From: Candidatus Geohabitans tengchongensis
GTDB taxonomy: Bacteria; Sysuimicrobiota; Sysuimicrobiia; Sysuimicrobiales; Humicultoraceae
DNA length: 34,114 nt
Assembly: GCA_031459625.1 (NCBI GenBank)
Contig: JAVKIH010000026.1
Span: 1-34,114 of the forward strand
Direction: 5' to 3'
Translations under genes and position numbers: made by a program
Shown here: positions 1 to 7,311 of the stretch, one piece after another
Position numbering within the stretch: position 1 is the first letter of the stretch
Layout of the letters: the number at the start of each line of letters is the position of its first letter
Notes under the pieces: generated by a model
Databases searched by the model: none
Told to the model about the DNA's origin: nothing
Seen by the model: the letters and a program-made list of their open reading frames with translations, nothing else

Positions 1-343
1 TGACCGATCAGGGCAGCGAGTACCGGGGGGCGTTCGATCAGACCTGTCGGGCGCTGGGGATCCAGCACACGCGGACCCAACCCCGCCATGCCTGGACCAA
101 CGGCTTCGTCGAGCGCCTGCAAGGCACTATCCTGAGCGAGCTGTGGCGCCTGGAGTTCCGCCGACGCTTCTTCACCCGCGTGGTGACCATGCAGGACGCT
201 CTGGATCGCTACCTGACGTTCTACAATCACCAGCGTTCCCACCTGGGGTATCGGACCCGAGGTCGTACCCCTGGCGAGCTCTTCATGCACCACAAGGAGG
301 TCTCCTCATGAGCAAGGTGTCAACACCCTTCCGCAACTTGACA
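1..343 (+). mobile_element. Right-hand end of an IS481-family insertion sequence (partial, runs off the window)
   Basis: The transposase C-terminus ends at 311 and is followed by TGTCAACACCCTTCCGCAACTTGACA (318-343), which ends in ...ACA, the TGT...ACA terminus typical of IS481. Confidence 0.8.
3..311 (+). CDS. IS481-family (rve/DDE integrase core) transposase, C-terminal fragment
   Basis: Manual translation from base 3: TDQGSEY...LGIQHTRTQPRHAWTNGFVERLQGT...YNHQRSHLGYRTRGRTP...stop at 309-311. The TDxGxE, TNGxVER and YNxxRxH motifs are present. Not in the ORF track because it has no start codon. Confidence 0.9.
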   Translation, partial: TDQGSEYRGAFDQTCRALGIQHTRTQPRHAWTNGFVERLQGTILSELWRLEFRRRFFTRVVTMQDALDRYLTFYNHQRSHLGYRTRGRTPGELFMHHKEVSS

Positions 344-421
344 GGCTAGCCCGGCTGCGGCCGCAGGGCGTCACGGCCGCTCCAGCGTCGCACGGGCCGA
401 CGTACGGGAGGCCGCCGCCGC

Positions 422-1546
422 TCACCCTTCCAGTTCCAGCCGGCGACGGATGTAGGCGATGATGTCGGCGCGCGTGATCGTCCCCACCAGGCGCCCGCGG
501 TCGCGCACCGCCACCAGGGAGGCGTCGCGCTGGGTCATGAGAGCCAGCACCTCGCTTGCGCTCTGCCCTGCCCGCACGGTGGGGCAGCGGTCCTCCGCCG
601 CCATCACCTCGGCCACCCGCACCTCGTCCCAGCGATCCCGCGGCACCTGACGGACGTCGTCCAGGGAGATGATCCCGCGCCACTCCCCGTCGGTGCGCAC
701 GCAGTACTCGTTGGCCCGCCCCCGCATCAGGTAGTCGTGCACGAACTCGGCCAGGGTGAGGTCGGCCGGCACCGCCGGGAGATCCTCGCGCATCAGGTCG
801 CGCGCCTCCACCCCGCGCAGGGCGCGGCGGATGAGCACCTGCTGGTAGCCCTGCTGGGCGGCCTGGAGCAGGAACCACCCGATGAAGACCAGCCACAGCC
901 CGCCTACGGCGTTCCCCCCGACGAGGCGGAAGAGCCCCCACCCCATCAGGAGGTAGGCGAACCCCTGGCCCACCAGGCTGGCCAGGCGCGTGGCGTTGGC
1001 CAGGCTGCCTGTGGCGTACCAGAGCGCCGCCCGGAAGATGCGGCCGCCGTCCAGCGGGAAGGCCGGGACGATGTTGAAGAGCAGGATGATCCCGTTGATC
1101 GCGGCCAGGTACTGGAAGAGCCGGACCACGCTCTCTCCCCACGCGGCGCGCACGCCGATCCAGGCCAGCAGCGCGAAGAGCGCGGCGATGCCGAGGCTGG
1201 CCAGCGGGCCGGCCACGGCCATGCGGAACTCCGCCCCCGGAGTGCGCGGCTCGCGCGTCATCTGGGCGACGCCGCCGAAGACGAAGAGCGTGATCCCCCG
1301 GATGGGCAGCCCCTCCCGCCGGGCCACCACGCTGTGGGCCAGCTCGTGCACCAGCAGCGCGGCGAAGAGCAGCACGGTGGCCGTCACCCCGAGCGCGACG
1401 GCCCCAAGCGGCGAGAGGCCGGGCAGCGCCTCGGGGAAATACCCCACGGAGAGGCTCCAGGCCACCAGGACGAACAGGATGAACCAGGTGTAGTGGATCT
1501 CGACGGGGATCCCCAGGACCCTGGCGATGCGCACGCTCCCGTCCAT
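422..1546 (-). CDS. Site-2 protease (M50 zinc metalloprotease) with tandem CBS domains
   Basis: HELAH, LFVFGGVA, AGP and NIVPAFPLDGG motifs, hydrophobic helices, C-terminal CBS pair (VAEVM...LVGTITRADII). GGAGGG RBS upstream. Confidence 0.93.
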   Translation of the reverse strand: MDGSVRIARVLGIPVEIHYTWFILFVLVAWSLSVGYFPEALPGLSPLGAVALGVTATVLLFAALLVHELAHSVVARREGLPIRGITLFVFGGVAQMTREPRTPGAEFRMAVAGPLASLGIAALFALLAWIGVRAAWGESVVRLFQYLAAINGIILLFNIVPAFPLDGGRIFRAALWYATGSLANATRLASLVGQGFAYLLMGWGLFRLVGGNAVGGLWLVFIGWFLLQAAQQGYQQVLIRRALRGVEARDLMREDLPAVPADLTLAEFVHDYLMRGRANEYCVRTDGEWRGIISLDDVRQVPRDRWDEVRVAEVMAAEDRCPTVRAGQSASEVLALMTQRDASLVAVRDRGRLVGTITRADIIAYIRRRLELEG

Positions 1547-1628
1547 CGGTCTCCCTCCTCCCGGGTTCCCGCCTCCACTTTACCCCGGGCGGTGGCCGCC
1601 GTAGGGTGAGGAGGACCGGGCCGCCCCC

Positions 1629-4562
1629 ATGGGACTGGACACCTATCGCCGGAAGCGCCGCTTCGAGCAGACCCCGGAACCGACGGGGGAGGTGCGCCCG
1701 TCGGCGGGGCCGCTGCGCTTCGTCGTGCAGGAGCACCACGCCACCCGCTTCCACCACGACGTCCGCCTGGAGATGGAGGGCGTGCTGCGCTCGTGGGCCG
1801 TCCCGAAGGGGGTCTCGCTGGACCCGGCCCACAAGCGGCTGGCCGTGCTGGTGGAGGACCACCCCCTCGACTACATCGACTTCGAAGGGGTGATCCCCGA
1901 GGGAAACTACGGCGCCGGGGTGGTCATGGTGTGGGACCGGGGCACCTACCGGTGCCTGGAGGGCGATCCCGCCGAAGCCTTCCGCCGCGGCAAGCTCACA
2001 GTGGTCCTGGAGGGGCAGAAGCTGCGCGGCGAGTTCCACCTGGTGCGGACGGGAGGACGGCGCCGCGCCCCCGACGGTGGGGCGCTCGGCGGCGAGAACG
2101 CGTGGCTGCTCTTCAAGGGCAAGGACGCCTTTGCCGTCCCCGGGTGGACGCTGCCGCAGCCGGCCCGGTCGGTGAAGAGCGGCCGCACCATCGAGGAGAT
2201 CCGGACGGACCGCTCGGCGCAATGGACCACGACGCCCCTGGAGACGCCGGCGGCGCGGGCGGCCCCGGCCGACTCTCCCCACCGCCAGACGGCGGCAGCG
2301 CCTCCACCGGGCGAGGCCGAAAGCCTGCGCGCGCTGGGGCTCGACCGCCCGGGCCAGGATCCCTTTCCCGAGGGGCTCCTCCCCATGCTGGCCCGATTGC
2401 GCGACGAGCCCTTCGACGACCCCGCCTGGCTCTTCGAGGTGAAGTGGGACGGGGTGCGCGCGCTGGCCTACCTGCGCCGTCAGGGCGTCGAGCGGACGGT
2501 GCTCCTCCAGTCGCGCCGCCTCAACCCGCTCAACCGCCAGTACCCGGAGGTGGTCGAAGCGCTCCACGCCGCCGACCTGCCGGACGTCGTCCTCGACGGC
2601 GAGATCATCGCCCTCGACCCCCAGGGGCGTCCGAGCTTCCAGCGCCTCCAGCAGCGCCTCAACCTGCAGCGGCCCGAGGACGTGGCCGAGGCACGCCGCC
2701 GCGTCCCGGTGGTCTACGTCGTCTTCGACGTCCTCTACTACCACGGGCATGCGTTGCTGGCCCGGCCGCTGCGCGAGCGCCGCCAGGTCCTCCAGGCGGT
2801 CCTGCCCCCGGGGCCGGTGCTGTGGCGCTCCGAGGCCTTCCCGGGCGAGGGAGTGGCCTTCTACCGGGCCGCCCAGGCGCAGGGGCTGGAGGGCATCATG
2901 GGCAAGCGCCTCGACAGCCCGTACGAGCCGGGCCGGCGCAGCGGCGCCTGGGTGAAGATCAAGGTGCGGCGGACCCTCCAGGCGGTGGTGGGGGGCTACA
3001 CGGCCGGCCGCGACGCCCGCCGCGCCACCTTCGGGGCGCTCCTGGTCGGGCTCTACGACGCGCGGGGGCGGCTGCAGTACATCGGGCACGTGGGCGGCGG
3101 GTTCACCGAGGCCGACCTCCGGGAGGTCCTGCGCCGCCTCACCCCGCTCGTGCGCCCCGACCCGCCCTTCGCCACGCGCCCCCTGGTGAACGAGCCGGCG
3201 ACCTGGGTGGAGCCGGAGCTCGTCGTCGGCGTGGAGTTCACCGAGTGGACCGACGACGGCTACCTGCGCAACCCGGTCTTCACAGGCGTGGTCGAGGACG
3301 TCGTTCCGGCGTCGCTGCGCCTCGAGGAGGTCCGTCCGCCTCGGACCTCCGAGGCGCCGGTCGAGGCCGCTGCGGCCCCCGCGGGTGCAGCGGGCCGGGG
3401 CGCAGCAGGGGCCGACGCAGGGGCGGCAGGGTCAGAGGCGGGCGCGGTCGCGGCCGAGCTGGCGCGCCTCGACCTGCCCGTGACCTTCACCAACCTGGAC
3501 AAGGTCTTCTGGCCCGAGCTCGGCCTGACCAAGGGGGACCTGATCCGCTACTACCTCCAGGTCCACCGGTGGATCCTGCCGCACCTGCGCGACCGGCCGC
3601 TGACGCTGCGCCGCTTCCCCGACGGGATCGAGGGCGCGGCCTTCTACCAGAAAGACTACCCCGACCCGCCGGACTTCGTGGAGACGGTGCGGGTGTGGAC
3701 GGAGACGACCAAGACCACGAACCGTGTCGTGATCTGCAACAACCTGGCCACGCTGCTCTGGCTGGCGCAGCTTGGGTGCATCGAGATGCACGCCTGGTAC
3801 AGCCGGATCACGCCGGCGCGCCGGGGGGAGGGACAGGGCCGGAGGCGGCCGCACACCGACTTCGCTAGCTCCGAGGAAGCGCGCAACACCAGCGTCCTCA
3901 ACTACCCCGACCAGGTCGTCTTCGACATCGACCCCTTCATCTACCCCAAGGGCGAAGGGCCACGGGCCGGGCCCGCCGAGAAGGACCCCACCTACACACG
4001 GGCCGGGTTCGACGCCGCTGTGGAGGCGGCCCTGCGCATCCGCGACCTGCTGGAGCGGCTGGGGCTGCGCAGCTTCGTGAAGACCACGGGGAAGACCGGG
4101 GTGCACGTCTACGTCCCGGTGCGGCGCCGCCACACCTACGAGGAGACGCATGCCTTCGCCAAGACGTTGTGCCAGTTCCTGGAGGCGCAGCACCCCGACC
4201 GCTTCACTACCGAGTGGGCGGTGGCGAAGCGGGTCGGCAAGGTCTTCCTCGACTACAACCAGAACCGCCTGGAGGCTACCCTGGCCAGCGCCTACAGCCT
4301 GCGCCCGACCCCGGAGGCCACCGTCTCCACCCCGCTGACCTGGGAGGAGCTGGAGCGCGGTGCGGACCCGCTGACCTTCACCTGGCAGAGCGTGCCGCAG
4401 CGCCTGGCCGAGCGCGGAGACCCCTGGGCCGACATGAGCCAGGTGGACCAGACGCTGGACGAGGCCCTGCGGGCGACGGCGCTCTCGGACGGCGGGGAGG
4501 CTACGCCGGCCCGACGGGCTCGGACGCCCAGGACCCGGGGGGGAGGTCGGCGACGCGGATGA
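1629..4562 (+). CDS. ligD: NHEJ DNA ligase D (phosphoesterase-ligase-polymerase/primase)
   Basis: PE domain QEHHATRFHHDVRLE/SWAVPKG/VEDHPLDY; ligase EVKWDG, LDGEI, FDVLY, EGIMGK, WVKIK; POL domain TNLDKVFWP/TKGDL/RFPDGI/FDIDP/KTTGKTGVH/DYNQN. Confidence 0.95.
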   Translation: MGLDTYRRKRRFEQTPEPTGEVRPSAGPLRFVVQEHHATRFHHDVRLEMEGVLRSWAVPKGVSLDPAHKRLAVLVEDHPLDYIDFEGVIPEGNYGAGVVMVWDRGTYRCLEGDPAEAFRRGKLTVVLEGQKLRGEFHLVRTGGRRRAPDGGALGGENAWLLFKGKDAFAVPGWTLPQPARSVKSGRTIEEIRTDRSAQWTTTPLETPAARAAPADSPHRQTAAAPPPGEAESLRALGLDRPGQDPFPEGLLPMLARLRDEPFDDPAWLFEVKWDGVRALAYLRRQGVERTVLLQSRRLNPLNRQYPEVVEALHAADLPDVVLDGEIIALDPQGRPSFQRLQQRLNLQRPEDVAEARRRVPVVYVVFDVLYYHGHALLARPLRERRQVLQAVLPPGPVLWRSEAFPGEGVAFYRAAQAQGLEGIMGKRLDSPYEPGRRSGAWVKIKVRRTLQAVVGGYTAGRDARRATFGALLVGLYDARGRLQYIGHVGGGFTEADLREVLRRLTPLVRPDPPFATRPLVNEPATWVEPELVVGVEFTEWTDDGYLRNPVFTGVVEDVVPASLRLEEVRPPRTSEAPVEAAAAPAGAAGRGAAGADAGAAGSEAGAVAAELARLDLPVTFTNLDKVFWPELGLTKGDLIRYYLQVHRWILPHLRDRPLTLRRFPDGIEGAAFYQKDYPDPPDFVETVRVWTETTKTTNRVVICNNLATLLWLAQLGCIEMHAWYSRITPARRGEGQGRRRPHTDFASSEEARNTSVLNYPDQVVFDIDPFIYPKGEGPRAGPAEKDPTYTRAGFDAAVEAALRIRDLLERLGLRSFVKTTGKTGVHVYVPVRRRHTYEETHAFAKTLCQFLEAQHPDRFTTEWAVAKRVGKVFLDYNQNRLEATLASAYSLRPTPEATVSTPLTWEELERGADPLTFTWQSVPQRLAERGDPWADMSQVDQTLDEALRATALSDGGEATPARRARTPRTRGGGRRRG

Positions 4563-4872
4563 CCGCGTCGGGGCGGGCGAGCGGGGTCACGGCGGCGGAC
4601 GGACCCAGGCGCGCCTCGCTCCGGCAGCGGGTGCCGCCCTGGGGGTCCGGGCCGGGATCCCGGTAGACTTCCAGCACCCCCTCACGGCGCTCTCGGGATG
4701 TCGGGTGCGGTAGTCGCGGAAGTGTCCCGGGACGACGGCCACGTCCGGCTCGGGCTGGGAGCGCGGGCCTGCGGAGAGGGGGGAACTGCACGCGGTCGTC
4801 CCGGCCCTGCCCAAAGGCGGCCCGCAGCTGCTCCTCCACGGCGCGGGTCGCCGCATTCTGCGCCGCGTTCAC
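4540..4872 (-). pseudogene. Degraded Uma2-family (DUF820) endonuclease
   Basis: Pieces in alternating frames join into Uma2: EEQLRAAFGQGRDDRVQFP / LSAGPRSQPEPDVAVVPGHFRDYRTRHPESAV / GVLEVYRDP...LGPSAAVTPLARPDAVIRVADL. There is one extra base in the G6 run at 4778-4783 and an internal deletion near 4683. Confidence 0.8.
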
Positions 4873-5507
4873 GAGTCGGGTGGCGAGGCAGAGACGGCAC
4901 GTGCCAGGTCCAGCAGGTGAGGGATGGCGGCCCGCACGGCACGGGCCCGGTGGCTGATGCGGTTCTTCACCCCGGGCGGGAGCTCCGCCATCGTCCGCCC
5001 GTACTCCGGCACCAGGAAGATGGGATCGTAGCCAAACCCCCCTTCGCCCGCGGGCGCCTCGGCGATGCGTCCCTCCACCACCCCCTCGAAGGCCCGAACG
5101 GTCCCGTCGGGGGTGGCCACCGCCACCACGGCCCGGAAGCGCGCGGTGCGCCGCTCGGGGGGGACACCGCGCAGCCGCGCCAGGATCTCCGCGTTGCGCT
5201 GGACGTCGGTGGCGGTCGGGCCGAGGAAGCGGGCCGAGTGCACGCCGGGCTCCCCGCCCAGCGCGTCCACCTCCAGGCCGGAGTCGTCCGCCAGCGCCGG
5301 ATACCCCGTGGCCCGGGCCGCCGCCACCGCCTTGCTCACCGCGTTGCCGACGTAGGTCTCGCTCGCCTCGGGCAGCTCGTCCACCTGGGGAAAGTCCCGC
5401 AGGGAGCGCACCTCCAGCGGCAACGCCCCAAGCAGCGCACCGAGCTCCGCAATCTTGCCCGGGTTGCGCGTGGCCAGGACAAGGATGAACCTCCCCGTTG
5501 ACATCAT
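4869..5507 (-). CDS. rdgB: Non-canonical purine NTP pyrophosphatase (RdgB/HAM1)
   Basis: ATRNPGK, ADDSGLEVDALGGEPGVHSAR, GFGYDPIF and KNRISHR motifs; lies downstream of rph. Start is ATG at 5507 or 5504, not 5540. Confidence 0.95.
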   Translation of the reverse strand: MMSTGRFILVLATRNPGKIAELGALLGALPLEVRSLRDFPQVDELPEASETYVGNAVSKAVAAARATGYPALADDSGLEVDALGGEPGVHSARFLGPTATDVQRNAEILARLRGVPPERRTARFRAVVAVATPDGTVRAFEGVVEGRIAEAPAGEGGFGYDPIFLVPEYGRTMAELPPGVKNRISHRARAVRAAIPHLLDLARAVSASPPDS

Positions 5508-5520
5508 GAAGATTCCACCG

Positions 5521-5601
5521 GTGATCCTCCTCGACGCCAACCGCCTCCTGTTCGCCTACAACGATGGTCGTCGCCTGGTGGCGCACCCGACGGCGGTCTA
5601 G
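5521..5601 (+). pseudogene. N-terminal remnant of a PIN-domain (VapC-like) toxin
   Basis: GTG-initiated MILLDANRLLFAYND...stop (26 aa) matches the MILxDxNxLxYA N-terminus of VapC/PIN proteins. The similarity is lost after about 15 codons. Confidence 0.6.
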
Positions 5602-5739
5602 GTGCAGGCCGGCGAGCGGCACGACTGACAGGCGGGTCCGGGCGGCGGAAAGCCGTTTGAGCCCGGCGGTGTCGCTTCCCGTGGGGTCTGGCGTGCTCGC
5701 CGACGGTAACCCCGCGCCTCTTCTGCCGCCCGGCCTCCC

Positions 5740-6477
5740 TCACGTCCGCGCCGACGGACCGAGGACGTCGGCCAGGACGGCCTTCTGGTGCGCGATGAGC
5801 GTCTTGATCCCCTTCTCCCCTAGGGTCAGGAGGGTGAGCAGCTCCGGCCGGGTGAAGGGCAGGCCCTCCGCCGTCCCCTGGATCTCTACCAGGCGGCCCG
5901 ACTCGGTCATGACCAGGTTCATGTCCACCCGGGCGCGGGAGTCCTCGTAGAAGTCCAGGTCGAGGACCATCTGGTCCTCGACGATGCCCACGCTGGTGGC
6001 GGCCAGGAACTCCCGCAGCGGCCACCAGGCCAGCGCCTGGGAGCGGCGCAGCAGGTGGAGCGCGTCCACCAGGGCGACGAAGGCGCCGGTGATGGCGGCG
6101 GTGCGCGTCCCCCCGTCGGCCTGGATGACGTCGCAGTCGATCCAGATGGTGCGCTCGCCCAGCTTCTGCAGGTCCACCGCCGCGCGCAGCGAGCGCCCGA
6201 TGAGGCGCTGGATCTCCATGGTGCGCCCCGACGGCCGCCCGCCCTCGCGCGGGGTGCGCTCCTGCGTGGCCCGCGGGAGCATGCCGTACTCGGCGGTGAT
6301 CCACCCCTGCCCCGCCCCGCGCAGCCACTGGGGCAGGCGCTCCTCCACGGTGGCGGTGCAGACCACGCGCGTGCTCCCCAGGGTGATCAGCACCGACCCC
6401 TCGGCGTGCGGGATGAACCCGCGCGTGATGGTCACGGGGCGCAGTTCGTCGGGCTGGCGCCCGTCGTGGCGCGGCAT
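5740..6477 (-). CDS. rph: Ribonuclease PH
   Basis: [68 protein letters not shown] at 6477 with GAGGAG RBS. Confidence 0.97.
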   Translation of the reverse strand: MPRHDGRQPDELRPVTITRGFIPHAEGSVLITLGSTRVVCTATVEERLPQWLRGAGQGWITAEYGMLPRATQERTPREGGRPSGRTMEIQRLIGRSLRAAVDLQKLGERTIWIDCDVIQADGGTRTAAITGAFVALVDALHLLRRSQALAWWPLREFLAATSVGIVEDQMVLDLDFYEDSRARVDMNLVMTESGRLVEIQGTAEGLPFTRPELLTLLTLGEKGIKTLIAHQKAVLADVLGPSART

Positions 6478-6541
6478 GGAATGCTCCTCACCCGGGATGG
6501 CGGCCCACCATGGCGGCACCGGCGGGCGCGCCGACGCGGCC

Positions 6542-7303
6542 TCAGACCTCGTAAACGTCGAGCTCTCGGGCGATCCGGACCTCGCCGGCGAACTCCTTCG
6601 CCGCCCCGGCGGCGGCCTCCTCGGTGTAGTCGCCGTAGGGCGTGAAGAAGTGGGTGAGCAGCAGGATGCCGGCGTCGGCGGCGGCGGCCATGTGGCCGGC
6701 CATGCGCCCGGAGAGGTGCCCGAGCCGCAGGCTGTGCTCTTCGTCGGCTTCCCGCAGCGTGGCTTCGCAGAGGAAGAGGTGGGCCTCGCGGGCCAGCAGG
6801 GGCACGCGTTCCGAAGGGCCGGTGTCCGCCGAGTAGGCCAGGACCCGCCCCCCGGCCTCGACGCGCACGGCGAAGCACGGGACCGGGTGGCTGGTCTGAG
6901 CGAACCGCAGGACGAAGGGCCCCAGGCGCGCCGAGCGCCCGTCGGCCATGGGGATGAAGAGGAAGCGCTCACGGAAGCGCGCCTGCTCCTCCGGGCCCAG
7001 CCAGGCCGGGAGGCGGTCCAGCGCCCCCGGCGGGCCGAGCAGCGGCAGGGGCGGGGCGGGCCGCGGACCCCCGAAGTGCAGCGCCTGCTTCAGGGCGAAG
7101 AGGTCGAGGACGTGGTCCGGGTGGAGGTGGGAGACCACCACGCCCTGCAGGGCGATCTCGCCAGTCACGCGCTGGAGGTTGCCCAGCACGCCGGTCCCGC
7201 ACTCCAGCAGGAGGCGCTGTCCTTCGGCCTCGAGCAGGTAGCCCGGAGAGGCGCCTCCGGCCGGCGGATAGGGGCTCCAGCGGCCGAGGATGGTGAGACG
7301 CAT
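6542..7303 (-). CDS. MBL-fold metallo-hydrolase (RNase Z/BN-like)
   Basis: SHLHPDH, HPVP, YSADTG, LCEAT and LTH motifs; typical position upstream of rph. ATG at 7303 preferred; TTG at 7315 is possible. Confidence 0.9.
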   Translation of the reverse strand: MRLTILGRWSPYPPAGGASPGYLLEAEGQRLLLECGTGVLGNLQRVTGEIALQGVVVSHLHPDHVLDLFALKQALHFGGPRPAPPLPLLGPPGALDRLPAWLGPEEQARFRERFLFIPMADGRSARLGPFVLRFAQTSHPVPCFAVRVEAGGRVLAYSADTGPSERVPLLAREAHLFLCEATLREADEEHSLRLGHLSGRMAGHMAAAADAGILLLTHFFTPYGDYTEEAAAGAAKEFAGEVRIARELDVYEV

Positions 7304-7311
7304 CGCTGGGG

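Noticed and set aside
143..349. 68-aa ORF
   Set aside because: Off-frame overlap of the IS481 transposase tail, which carries the recognisable motifs.
355..366. 12-bp palindrome CTGCGGCCGCAG
   Set aside because: Short GC-rich palindromes are expected by chance, and there is no U-tract.
306..3089. 927-aa minus-strand ORF, and similar giants at 12356-15484, 24003-26372, 29502-31730 and 22078-23937
   Set aside because: Antisense or off-frame shadows of real genes. They are Arg/Pro/Gly-rich with no motifs, as expected from stop-codon scarcity at high GC.
5560..5610. Possible fluoride riboswitch (CGATGG...TCGCC)
   Set aside because: Lacks the GGCGAUG pairing and the downstream GCURAUGAC element, and has no suitable downstream gene.
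4501..5622. 373-aa minus-strand ORF as a real gene
   Set aside because: Mostly an alternative frame of rdgB; only its tail contains Uma2 pseudogene fragments.
5740..6972. 410-aa extended RNase PH or MBL-RNase PH fusion
   Set aside because: The extension is off-frame to the MBL gene, and rph has its own RBS and ATG at 6477.
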